Source: an uncultured Thermoanaerobaculia bacterium
GTDB lineage: Bacteria; Acidobacteriota; Thermoanaerobaculia; Multivoradales; DATKCC01
Length of the DNA stretch: 42,800 bases
Direction: 5' to 3'
Assembly: GCA_964539125.1 (NCBI GenBank)
Contig: CAZIIB010000001.1
Span: 1 to 42,800, forward strand
In this document: positions 1-9,731 of the stretch, one piece after another
Numbering within the stretch: the stretch's first letter is position 1
How the letters are laid out: each line of letters begins with the position of its first letter
Position numbers and translations under genes: made by a program
The notes under the pieces: generated by a model
Seen by the model: the letters and a program-made list of their open reading frames with translations, nothing else
What the model was told of the DNA's origin: nothing
The model's database searches: none

Positions 1-24
1 AGCAGTAGACTCTGGCCTTCGACC

Positions 25-48
25 GCCGAAGCCGGCGCCGGCTTCGGC
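25..48. terminator. Perfect 24-nt palindrome; candidate terminator hairpin of an upstream off-window gene, or an operator
   Basis: GCCGAAGCCGGC|GCCGGCTTCGGC read directly at 25-48. A TAG at 5-7 could be the upstream stop. There is no T-tract after the hairpin. Confidence 0.3.
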
Positions 49-81
49 CCACACGCCGTCGTCCGACCGGGAGACGAGACC

Positions 82-840
82 ATGGCCCGAAGCGCGACCC
101 TGAACGCGATGCAGAAGCGGATGTGCGAAGAGAGCCGCTGGGACTTCTCCGACCTCCGCGCGCTGTTCCTCAACTGCACCCTGAAGCGGAGCCCGGAACG
201 CTCCCACACCCGCGGCCTGATCGACCTCTCGAAGGCGATCTTGGAGGCCAACGGCGTGGCGGTGGAGGTGCTCCGTCCGGTGGACTACGAGATCGCCCCC
301 GGCGTCTGGCCGGACATGACCGAGCACGGCTGGGAGCGCGACGACTGGCCGGGGATCTACGAGAAGGTGAAGGCGGCCCACATCCTGGTGATCGGCTCGC
401 CCATCTGGCTGGGGGAAAAGTCCTCGGTCGCGAACCGGGTGATCGAGCGGCTGTACTCGACCTCGGGCGACCTCAACGAGCAGGGCCAGTACGCCTACTA
501 CGGCCGCGTCGGGGGCTGCCTCATCACCGGCAACGAGGACGGCGCCAAGCACTGCGCGATGAATCTCCTTTACTCGCTCCAGCACCTCGGCTACACGATC
601 CCGCCCCAGGCCGACGCCGGCTGGATCGGCGAGGCCGGCCCCGGCCCTTCCTACCTCGATCCGGGCTCGGGCGGGCCGGAGAACGACTTCACCAACCGCA
701 ACACCACCTTCATGACCTGGAACCTGTTGCACCTGGCCCGGATGATCGTCGACGCCGGTGGCATTCCGGCCCATGGCAACCAGCGCTCCGAGTGGGACGC
801 CGGCTGCCGTTTCGACGCCGCCAACCCGGAGCACCGCTAG
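82..840 (+). CDS. Flavodoxin-like fold NAD(P)H-dependent FMN reductase / quinone reductase family protein
   Basis: 252-aa ORF. GGAG lies about 9 nt upstream of the ATG. Flavodoxin-like pattern: LFLNCTLKRSP..., ILVIGSPIWLG, ITGNEDG. Composition is normal, unlike the overlapping Arg/Pro-rich frame. Confidence 0.8.
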   Translation: MARSATLNAMQKRMCEESRWDFSDLRALFLNCTLKRSPERSHTRGLIDLSKAILEANGVAVEVLRPVDYEIAPGVWPDMTEHGWERDDWPGIYEKVKAAHILVIGSPIWLGEKSSVANRVIERLYSTSGDLNEQGQYAYYGRVGGCLITGNEDGAKHCAMNLLYSLQHLGYTIPPQADAGWIGEAGPGPSYLDPGSGGPENDFTNRNTTFMTWNLLHLARMIVDAGGIPAHGNQRSEWDAGCRFDAANPEHR

Positions 841-864
841 CGGAGCACGGGGAGAGGACGCGCC

Positions 865-2025
865 GTGCCCACGGGAGCCTGGCATCGCCTCGGCCCGTCG
901 CTCGTCGCCGGGCTCGCCCTGGCGGCGTGCGGCCACGTGATCGGTCCGGGCCTGCCCCTCCAGCGGGGCGCCGACCGCTTCGACTTCGCCTCGCCCCCGT
1001 GCACCCCCGCGCCCCGCCCCGAGTGGGCCCGGGAAGGCGGCGACGACGTGGTCTTGCGCTACCTGGGCGCCGGCGGGCTCTACGTCGGCTGGCAGGGCCG
1101 GGCGATCCTGACCGGGCCGTTCTTCACCGATCCGGGCTTCCTCGACCTCGCCCTGGGGCCCATGACCTGGAACACCGAGGCGATCTTCCGGGGTCTCGAC
1201 GGCGTGCCCCTCGGCCGGGTGGGCGCCATCCTGGTGGGTCACTCCCATTACGACCACCTGGGCGATCTGCCGGTGATCGCCGGCGAGCTCGCCGACTGGA
1301 CCACGGTCTACGTCAACCGGTCCGGGGCCAACGCCCTCGAGGCCTACCCCCGGCTGCGCTCGCGGATCCGGGTGCTCGACGACCTCGAAGGGCGCTGGAT
1401 CCAGGTGGAGGACGCCTCGGGGCGGCGCCTCCCGTTCCGCTTCATGGCCGTGCCGTCGGACCACGCGCCGCACGTCCTCGGGATCGAGCTGATGAAGGGC
1501 ACCAACCGCCCCAGCCGGCGCCCCTGGACCGAGCGGCGCTACACGTCGCTTCTCCTCGGCCGCCCCTACGCCTTCGTGATCGACCTGCTCTCCTCGAGCG
1601 CCCCCGACGCCCGGGTCCGCTTCCGGATCTACTACCAGGACGCGGCGAGCCGGGACGACCTGGGTCACCCGCCGGCGTTCTCGGGCGCCGACCGCCACGA
1701 CTACGACCTCGCCGTCCTGTGCCTGGCCTCGGCCCAGGAGGTGCCCCCCTATCCCCAGGGCATCCTCGAGGCCGTCCGGCCCCGCCACGTGCTGATCGGC
1801 CACTGGGAGGACTTCTTCCGGCCCTGGCGACCGGAGCGGCGCTTCGTGCCCCTCCTGACCGACCGGCGGGCGGCCCGCTTCCTCCGGACGGTGGACCGCG
1901 CCGAGGACGCGTGGCGCGCGACCCTTCAGCCGCCCGTGGACCGCGAAGCCGTGTGCAGCCCGTCGACTCCGGGGTGGACCCTTCCCATGCCCGGGCAGTG
2001 GCTGCGCTTCACGCCGGAGCCGTGA
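865..2025 (+). CDS. MBL-fold metallo-hydrolase, probable lipoprotein
   Basis: GTG start with GGAGAGG 8 nt upstream. Lipobox LALAAC near the N-terminus. The metallo-beta-lactamase HxHxDH motif GHSHYDH is encoded at 1240-1257. Confidence 0.8.
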   Translation: MPTGAWHRLGPSLVAGLALAACGHVIGPGLPLQRGADRFDFASPPCTPAPRPEWAREGGDDVVLRYLGAGGLYVGWQGRAILTGPFFTDPGFLDLALGPMTWNTEAIFRGLDGVPLGRVGAILVGHSHYDHLGDLPVIAGELADWTTVYVNRSGANALEAYPRLRSRIRVLDDLEGRWIQVEDASGRRLPFRFMAVPSDHAPHVLGIELMKGTNRPSRRPWTERRYTSLLLGRPYAFVIDLLSSSAPDARVRFRIYYQDAASRDDLGHPPAFSGADRHDYDLAVLCLASAQEVPPYPQGILEAVRPRHVLIGHWEDFFRPWRPERRFVPLLTDRRAARFLRTVDRAEDAWRATLQPPVDREAVCSPSTPGWTLPMPGQWLRFTPEP

Positions 2026-2047
2026 GGCCCTCTGCTACCATCCGTGC

Positions 2048-2773
2048 GTGATCGGCTGGCGCTCGAAGACCGAGCTGGAGCGGGCCCTGGGCTACCGGTT
2101 CCGCGACCCCGACCTTCTCCAGCGCGCCCTGACCCACCGCTCCTACGCCAACGAGCGGGGGCTCGAGCGCCAGAACGAGCGCCTGGAGTTCCTGGGTGAC
2201 GCGGTGCTGGGGCTGGTGGCGGGGGAGTGGCTCTTCCGGGCCCATCCGGAGCTGCCGGAAGGGGACCTCTCGAAGCTCAAGGCGTACCTGGTGAGCGCCC
2301 CGGCCCTGGCCGGCTTCTCGAGCCAGCTCGGCATCGGGAAGGCGCTCCGGATCGGGGTGGGCGAGGAGCGTTCCGGCGGCCGGACCAAGCGCTCCCTGCT
2401 CGCGGACGCCACCGAGGCGTTGTTCGGCGCCATCTACCTCGACGGCGGCCTCGAGACGGTCCGCTCCGTCATCGAGCCGCTGCTCGAAGGCCTCCTCTCC
2501 GGGCGCTCGCGGGTGCTCGAGGCCGACGCCAAGACTCGGCTCCAGGAGGAGGTCCAGTCCCGCGGCTGGGAGCTCCCCGACTACCGTCTGGTCGCCGAGA
2601 CGGGGCCGGATCACGACAAGCGCTTCACCGTCGAGTGCCGGGTGCGCGAGAAGGCCGCCGGCCGCGGAGAGGGGCGGAGCAAGAAGGTGGCCGAGCAGCG
2701 GGCGGCTGCGGAGGCCCTCGAGGCCCTGCTCGCCGCCGAGCCGGCCGAGGGAGTCGGGGAGACGGTCGGCTGA
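2048..2773 (+). CDS. rnc: Ribonuclease III
   Basis: RNase III signature ERLEFLGDAVLG at 2177-2200. N-terminal LERALGYRF. C-terminal dsRBD (KTRLQE..., GRSKKVAEQRAAAEALEAL). 241 aa. Confidence 0.95.
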   Translation: MIGWRSKTELERALGYRFRDPDLLQRALTHRSYANERGLERQNERLEFLGDAVLGLVAGEWLFRAHPELPEGDLSKLKAYLVSAPALAGFSSQLGIGKALRIGVGEERSGGRTKRSLLADATEALFGAIYLDGGLETVRSVIEPLLEGLLSGRSRVLEADAKTRLQEEVQSRGWELPDYRLVAETGPDHDKRFTVECRVREKAAGRGEGRSKKVAEQRAAAEALEALLAAEPAEGVGETVG

Positions 2774-2880
2774 GGACCGGCCCACCCTCGGTTTGCGAGC
2801 ATTCGGCGGTGCCTGGTAGGCTTCGGCGTTCGATCGCCGGGACCGCGCGCCGGCCCCGCTTCCCGTAGGAATCTCCCGCC

Positions 2881-4197
<1,317 letters not shown>

Positions 4198-4273
4198 AGG
4201 GGGTCGTCGTCGGCGCGACCGGGACGGTTCCGGGGTCGCCCGGCTCGGCTGCTCCCGATCCAGCCTGTAACCC

Positions 4274-5776
4274 ATGATCCGCCGCTTCGCCTTCTATGGG
4301 GTGGTCTTCTCCGGCGGGGCGGTGCTTCTCGCCCTGGAGATCCTGGCCAGCCGGCTGTTGGCGCCGTCGTTCGGAAACAGCGTCTACGTCTGGGGCTCGA
4401 TCATCAGCGTCTTCCTGGCCGCCCTGGCGTCGGGATACCTCCTCGGCGGTAGGATCGCCGACCGCAAGCCGACCATGTCGGGTCTCGCTCAGATGGTGGC
4501 CCTCGGGGGGGTCGCCCTCGCGGCTCTGGTCCTCGGCGGCGCCCGCCTCGTGGCCCTGCTGGGAGTGTGGACCGGCGGGGCGCCGGCCGGGACCCTGCTT
4601 GCGGCCGCCCTCCTCTTCGGGCCGGTGAGCCTTCTGCTGGCGACGATCTCCCCTTATGCGATCCGTCTGGCCGCCGGTGACCTGGCCCGCCTCGGGGGAA
4701 CCGCGGGCGGACTCTACGCCGTCTCGACGTTCGGCAGCCTGGCCGGCGCCCTGGGCTGCACCTTCGGCCTGATCCCGTACCTCGACCTGCAGCGGTCTCT
4801 CGCCTCGTTGCTGGTGGTGACCGCCGCCACCGCGCTCGTGGCGGCGCTGGTGGCCCCCCGTCCCGCCCTTTTGACGTCGGCGCTTGCCGTTCTGCTGGCA
4901 CTCTTCGGCGTCACGGCTCAGCCGATCGCGGTTCCCGGGCTCGGTGGCCTGGTCTACCAGCGCTCGACGCCCTACCAGACGCTCAGAGTCTGGGACCGCG
5001 GTCCCACCCGGTACCTCGAGAGCGACCGGGCGATCCACGGCAGCATCTCGCTGGCGACGGGCGAGGCCGCCCTCGGCTACGTACGGGCGCTGCCGCTCGC
5101 CCTGATCCTCGACCCGCGGGCTCGGCGGGTGTTGATCCTGGGGATGGGGGGCGGCGGTGCGGCCACCTACCTCCAGGGGCACCGGCCCGATCTCCAGGTC
5201 GACCTGGTGGACGTGGACGCAGCCGTGCCGGTGGTGGCGCGGCGGTTCATGGGCTTCCGGGACGGGCCGCGCGCCCGGGTGCATGTGGCGGACGCCCGCC
5301 GGTTCGTGGCGGGATCGAGGGAGCGATGGGACGTGGTGTTCGCCGACACCTACATCGGCTCGGCCGTGCCATTTCACCTGACGACCGTGGAGTTTCTGCG
5401 GCAGGTCCGCAAGCGCCTGGAGCCGAAGGGAGTGTTCGTGCTCAACCTGGCCGCCGCCCTTACGCATCCCTTTCCGCAGGCGATGGTGCGGACCGTGGCG
5501 GAGGTCTTCCCGTGCATCGCCCTGTTTCGAGCTCCGGCGTTGGGCAACACCTTGGTCTTCGCCACCGCCGGTGATCTGTGCGATCCGTCCCCGGAGGAGC
5601 TCCGTCGGAGGATCGCGGCGCTGGACGGCTCGGGCTTCGACCCTTCGCTCTCCACTCTCGCCGGCCTGCGGATCCGCGGGACCCTCGACCTGTCGGAGGA
5701 ACCGGTGCTGACCGACCGGTTTGCCCCCGTCGAGCACCTGATCCGATTGGACGAGGCGGTTCCTCCCTCCCGCTGA
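4274..5776 (+). CDS. Fused polytopic membrane domain / spermidine-synthase-like methyltransferase-fold protein
   Basis: The N-terminal ~220 aa is hydrophobic, with about 7 predicted TM segments. The C-terminal half carries class I MTase / spermidine synthase motifs (VLILGMGGGGAATYL, DLVDVD, DVVFADTY). Confidence 0.8.
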   Translation: MIRRFAFYGVVFSGGAVLLALEILASRLLAPSFGNSVYVWGSIISVFLAALASGYLLGGRIADRKPTMSGLAQMVALGGVALAALVLGGARLVALLGVWTGGAPAGTLLAAALLFGPVSLLLATISPYAIRLAAGDLARLGGTAGGLYAVSTFGSLAGALGCTFGLIPYLDLQRSLASLLVVTAATALVAALVAPRPALLTSALAVLLALFGVTAQPIAVPGLGGLVYQRSTPYQTLRVWDRGPTRYLESDRAIHGSISLATGEAALGYVRALPLALILDPRARRVLILGMGGGGAATYLQGHRPDLQVDLVDVDAAVPVVARRFMGFRDGPRARVHVADARRFVAGSRERWDVVFADTYIGSAVPFHLTTVEFLRQVRKRLEPKGVFVLNLAAALTHPFPQAMVRTVAEVFPCIALFRAPALGNTLVFATAGDLCDPSPEELRRRIAALDGSGFDPSLSTLAGLRIRGTLDLSEEPVLTDRFAPVEHLIRLDEAVPPSR

Positions 5777-5785
5777 AGCCGCGAG

Positions 5786-6664
5786 ATGGCCCCTCGGGGA
5801 GCACAGTTCGGCGCCCTCGCGGCGGTCACTCTGATCTGGGGGTCGACCTGGGCGGCGATTCGGATCGGGCTCGGCGGGATCCCCCCGTTCGCCGGTGTGG
5901 CCCTGCGGTTCGCCGTGGCGGCCCTGGTCCTGCTGGGCGTGGCACGGGCCCTCGGCGTGCGGCTGGGCACCAGCCGGCGCGAGGTGGGCCTCTGGCTGGT
6001 CAACGGTCTGATCACCTTCGTCTTCTCCTACGGCGCCGTCTACTGGGCCGAGCAGAGGGTCCCTTCGGGCCTGACCTCGGTGCTGTTCGCCACGTTCCCG
6101 CTGTTCGTGGCCGTGCTGGCCCATCTCTTCTTGCCGGGCGACCGCCTGCGCCCGCTCTCGGTTCTGGGGGTGGTCGCGGGGTTCGCCGGCGTCGCGGTCA
6201 TCTTCTCCGAGGACCTGGCCGCCGTCGGTGCTCCGGGCGCCTCCGGCGCCGCCGGGCTGCTCCTGGTGGCGTCCTTCGCCGCCGCGGTCGCCAACGTCGC
6301 GGTGAAGCGCTGGGGAGAGGGGATTCACCCCGTGGCCTTGATCGCGGTGCCCATGGGGTTGGCGGCGGTGCTCATGGGGCTGGCGTCGTTCCTCTTCGAA
6401 GGCGGCCGGCCGCTGGTCCTCGACGCGGCTTCGGTGGGCACGGTGCTCTACCTGGCGGTGATCGGCTCCGTCGTCACCTTCTGGCTCTACTTCTGGCTCC
6501 TGCAGCGCATGCGCGCGACGCGACTCGCGCTCGTCAACTATCTGTCCCCGCTCTTCGCCGTCGTCCTGGGAGCCTCCCTCTTCGGCGAGGAGCTCACCGC
6601 CCGGATCGTCGTCGGGGCCGCGCTGGTGATCGCCGGCGTCGCCGTCACCAGCTCCAGCCGATGA
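5786..6664 (+). CDS. EamA/DMT family transporter
   Basis: 292 aa, about 10 hydrophobic segments arranged as two EamA-like halves. The N-terminus (LIWGSTWAAIRIGL) is typical of DMT permeases. Confidence 0.8.
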   Translation: MAPRGAQFGALAAVTLIWGSTWAAIRIGLGGIPPFAGVALRFAVAALVLLGVARALGVRLGTSRREVGLWLVNGLITFVFSYGAVYWAEQRVPSGLTSVLFATFPLFVAVLAHLFLPGDRLRPLSVLGVVAGFAGVAVIFSEDLAAVGAPGASGAAGLLLVASFAAAVANVAVKRWGEGIHPVALIAVPMGLAAVLMGLASFLFEGGRPLVLDAASVGTVLYLAVIGSVVTFWLYFWLLQRMRATRLALVNYLSPLFAVVLGASLFGEELTARIVVGAALVIAGVAVTSSSR

Positions 6665-6697
6665 GGCCGACCGGCTTATGCCGCGAAGCGGAAAGAT

Positions 6698-6726
6698 TTG
6701 TGCTGCGCTGCGGCGGATGCTAGTAT
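6698..6726 (+). promoter_or_regulatory. sigma70-like promoter for the acyl-CoA dehydrogenase gene
   Basis: TTGTGC (6698-6703), 17-nt spacer, TAGTAT (6721-6726). An AAGGAG Shine-Dalgarno lies about 7 nt before the ATG at 6808. Confidence 0.5.
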
Positions 6727-6807
6727 GAATCGAGGGCCGGACCGCGATTCGACCGGGCTTCGTCGGATCGAGCGGCGGCTCGGGACACTTCCGGCAAGGA
6801 GACTCCG

Positions 6808-8727
6808 ATGAGCGCAGACAAGGTCCATCACGTCAGCGAGCAACAGGCCATGGAGGTGGCGGAGGCCTCGCGCGAAAAGGAGTGGCGCAGGCCGAGCTTC
6901 ATGCGCGAGCTCTTCCTCGGCAAGTTCCGGCTCGATCTGATCCATCCGTACCCTCTCCGCGGTGACGACGAGCGTCCGGAGTTCGTCGCCTTCTACAACG
7001 CGATGAAGGAGTTTCTACGCGCAGAGGTCGATCCGCGGACGATCGACCGGCTGGGCGACTATCCGGCGAACGTGGTCGACGGGCTGCGCAAGCTCGGCGC
7101 CTTCGGCATGAAGATCCCGAGAGAGTACGGCGGCCTCGGCTTCACCAACCTCGAGTACCAGAAGGTGATGCAGCTCCTGGGCACCTACGACGGCAACCTC
7201 TCCGCCCTGCTCTCGGCCCACCAGTCGATCGGCGTCCCCCAGCCCCTGAAGCTCTTCGGCACCGAGGAGCAGAAGCGGAAGTTCTTGCCGCGCTGCGCCA
7301 AGGGGGAGATCTCCGCCTTCGCCCTGACCGAGCCCCAGGTGGGCTCCGACCCGGCGCGCCTCATGACCACCGCCGAGAAGACGGCCGACGGCGAGCGCTA
7401 CGTCCTGAACGGCGAGAAGCTCTGGTGCACCAACGGCACGATCGCCGACCTCATCGTGGTCATGGCGCGCGATCCGAAGTCCAACAAGATCAGCGCCTTC
7501 GTGGTCGAGATGAGCTCGCCGGGCATCACGGTCGAGCACCGCTGCCACTTCATGGGCCTGCGCGCCCTCGCCAACGCGGTGATCAGCTTCCGCGACGTCG
7601 AGATCCCCGCCGAGAACCTGATCGGCGAGGAGGGGAAGGGCTTGAAGATCGCCCTGACCACCCTCAACGACGGCCGCCTCTCGATTCCCAACGGCTCGGT
7701 CGGCCTGGCCAAGGGTTGCCTCGAGATCGTCCGCAAGTGGTCGTCCACGCGGGTCCAGTGGGGCAAGCCCATCGGCCAGCACGAGGCTATCGCCCACAAG
7801 ATCAGCGATATCGCCGCCTACACCTACGCCATGCAGTCGATGGCCGACCTGGCCACCGCCATGGCCGACGACAAGAGCCTGGACATCCGCCTCGAGGCCG
7901 CGGCCTCGAAGGAATGGAACACCTTCCGCGGCTGGCAGATCATCGACCAGACGATGCAGGTGCGCGGCGGTCGCGGCTACGAGACCGAGGACTCGCTCGA
8001 GGCCCGCGGCGAGGAGCCGGTGCCGGTGGAGCGGATGATGCGCGACTACCGGATCAACCTGATCTTCGAGGGGTCGAGCGAGATCATGCACCTGTTCATG
8101 GCCCGCGAGGCCGTGGACAAGCACCTCCAGGTGCTGGGCGACCTGGTCGATCCCAAGAAGGACCCCACCGAGAAGCTCTCGAGCCTGCCCAAGGTGGCCG
8201 CCTTCTACGCGACCTGGTACCCGCGCCTCTGGATCGCCGGCGGCCTGCCGGCGCGCTACTCGGAGTTCGGCGAGCTCGCCGGGCACCTGCGGTTCGTCGA
8301 TCGGGCCTCGCGCAAGCTCGCCCGCCAGATCTTCCACGGGATGGTGGTCTACCAGGGCGGCCTCCAGAACAAGCAGGCGTTCCTCTTCCGCCTGGTCGAC
8401 ATCGCCAACGAGCTCTTCGCCATGGCCTCGGCGGTCTCTCGCTCCCAGGCGATGATCGAGCGCGGTGAGCTGGCGGCGACCCGGGCGGTGGAGGTCGCGG
8501 ACCTCTTCTGCCGGATGAGCCGCCGACGGATCCGTCAGCTCTTCTACGAGCTGTGGCACAACGACGACGTTCTCAAGTACAAGACGGCGCAGCGGATCCT
8601 CGACGGCGAGCACGTCTGGCTCGAGGAGGGGATCCTCCACCCGGCCGGTTTCGCCGGGTCGTTGGAACCGTCCGAGGCCCAGATCCCGCCGTCCACCGAG
8701 GACGTGCCGGAGACCGTGACCCACTGA
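6808..8727 (+). CDS. Long-form acyl-CoA dehydrogenase (FadE-like, with extra C-terminal helical domain)
   Basis: 639 aa. ACAD motifs ALTEPQVGSDPA and QVRGGRGYETE. Good AGGAG RBS. Confidence 0.9.
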   Translation: MSADKVHHVSEQQAMEVAEASREKEWRRPSFMRELFLGKFRLDLIHPYPLRGDDERPEFVAFYNAMKEFLRAEVDPRTIDRLGDYPANVVDGLRKLGAFGMKIPREYGGLGFTNLEYQKVMQLLGTYDGNLSALLSAHQSIGVPQPLKLFGTEEQKRKFLPRCAKGEISAFALTEPQVGSDPARLMTTAEKTADGERYVLNGEKLWCTNGTIADLIVVMARDPKSNKISAFVVEMSSPGITVEHRCHFMGLRALANAVISFRDVEIPAENLIGEEGKGLKIALTTLNDGRLSIPNGSVGLAKGCLEIVRKWSSTRVQWGKPIGQHEAIAHKISDIAAYTYAMQSMADLATAMADDKSLDIRLEAAASKEWNTFRGWQIIDQTMQVRGGRGYETEDSLEARGEEPVPVERMMRDYRINLIFEGSSEIMHLFMAREAVDKHLQVLGDLVDPKKDPTEKLSSLPKVAAFYATWYPRLWIAGGLPARYSEFGELAGHLRFVDRASRKLARQIFHGMVVYQGGLQNKQAFLFRLVDIANELFAMASAVSRSQAMIERGELAATRAVEVADLFCRMSRRRIRQLFYELWHNDDVLKYKTAQRILDGEHVWLEEGILHPAGFAGSLEPSEAQIPPSTEDVPETVTH

Positions 8728-8734
8728 TCTCGGA

Positions 8735-9721
8735 ATGCGCGCCGTCCTGCCCGCCGCTCCCCATACGGACCCCGGCGGGAACCCAGAGCCCCGGCTGGGA
8801 ACCGTTCCCGAACCGGGGCTCGGTGCGTCCGAGGTGCTGGTGCGGGTCCGGGCGGCCGGCCTCAACCGGGCCGATCTCCTCCAGCTCCGCGGCCTCTATC
8901 CTCCGCCTCCGGGCGAGAGCGACGTCCCCGGGCTGGAGTGCTCCGGCGTGGTGGTGCGTGCGGGGGACGAAGTCGAGGGCTGGTCTGCCGGCGACCGGGT
9001 GATGGCTCTGGTCGCCGGCGGCGGGCAGGCCGAGCTCGCCGCCGTGCCGGCGGGCCAGCTCATGACCCTGCCCGACGCCCTCTCGTTCGAAGAGGGTGCG
9101 GCCCTCCCGGAAGCCTGCCTCACCGCCTGGACCAACCTGGTCGCCGAGGGGGAGCTCGAGCCCGGCGAGACGGTGCTCGTGACCGGGGCCAACGGTGGGG
9201 TGGGGACCATGGCGGTCCAGATCGCCCGCGAGCTCGGCGCTCGGGTCCTCGCCGCCGGGCGGAGCCGCGATCGCCTCGAGCCGCTGGCCGGCCTGGGAGC
9301 CGACGGGCTGCTCATCGACGACGCCGGCCTGCCCGTGGCGGTCCGGGACCGCACTCGCGGTCGGGGCGTCGACTTGGTCTTCGACCTCGTGGGCGGCGAT
9401 CGGCTCCCGGACCACCTGGGGGCCCTTCGCAACCGGGGGCGACTGGTGCTCATCGGGCTCATCGCGGGATCGCGCTCGGAGCTCGACCTGGGGGAGATCC
9501 TGCGCCGCCGCCTCACCCTGCGGGGCTCGGTGCTCCGCTCCCGCTCCCGCGAGGAGAAGGCCCAGCTCATCGCCGCATTTTCCGAGTTTGCCCAGCCCCG
9601 CCTGGCCGACGGCAGGATTCGCCCGCTGATCGAGCGAATCCTGTCCTTCGACCAGGTCGAGGCGGCCTACCGCCGGCTGGAAGAGGGCGGAGTCACCGGC
9701 AAGCTGATTCTCCGCTGGTAG
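8735..9721 (+). CDS. NAD(P)H:quinone oxidoreductase (MDR / zeta-crystallin family)
   Basis: 328 aa. GLNRADLLQLRGLYPPPPG and the Rossmann motif TGANGGVGTMAVQIA are typical of Qor/PIG3-type MDR enzymes without catalytic zinc ligands. Confidence 0.85.
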   Translation: MRAVLPAAPHTDPGGNPEPRLGTVPEPGLGASEVLVRVRAAGLNRADLLQLRGLYPPPPGESDVPGLECSGVVVRAGDEVEGWSAGDRVMALVAGGGQAELAAVPAGQLMTLPDALSFEEGAALPEACLTAWTNLVAEGELEPGETVLVTGANGGVGTMAVQIARELGARVLAAGRSRDRLEPLAGLGADGLLIDDAGLPVAVRDRTRGRGVDLVFDLVGGDRLPDHLGALRNRGRLVLIGLIAGSRSELDLGEILRRRLTLRGSVLRSRSREEKAQLIAAFSEFAQPRLADGRIRPLIERILSFDQVEAAYRRLEEGGVTGKLILRW

Positions 9722-9731
9722 CGGAGCCTCC

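Noticed and set aside
123-2051. 642-aa + strand ORF overlapping the flavodoxin-like and MBL genes
   Set aside because: The translation is almost pure Arg/Pro/Gly/Ala low complexity, a typical off-frame product of very GC-rich DNA. The overlapping frames carry real family motifs (HSHYDH and others).
7015-8865. 616-aa minus-strand ORF antisense to the acyl-CoA dehydrogenase
   Set aside because: It has no recognisable domains and a biased composition, and the sense strand encodes a textbook ACAD.
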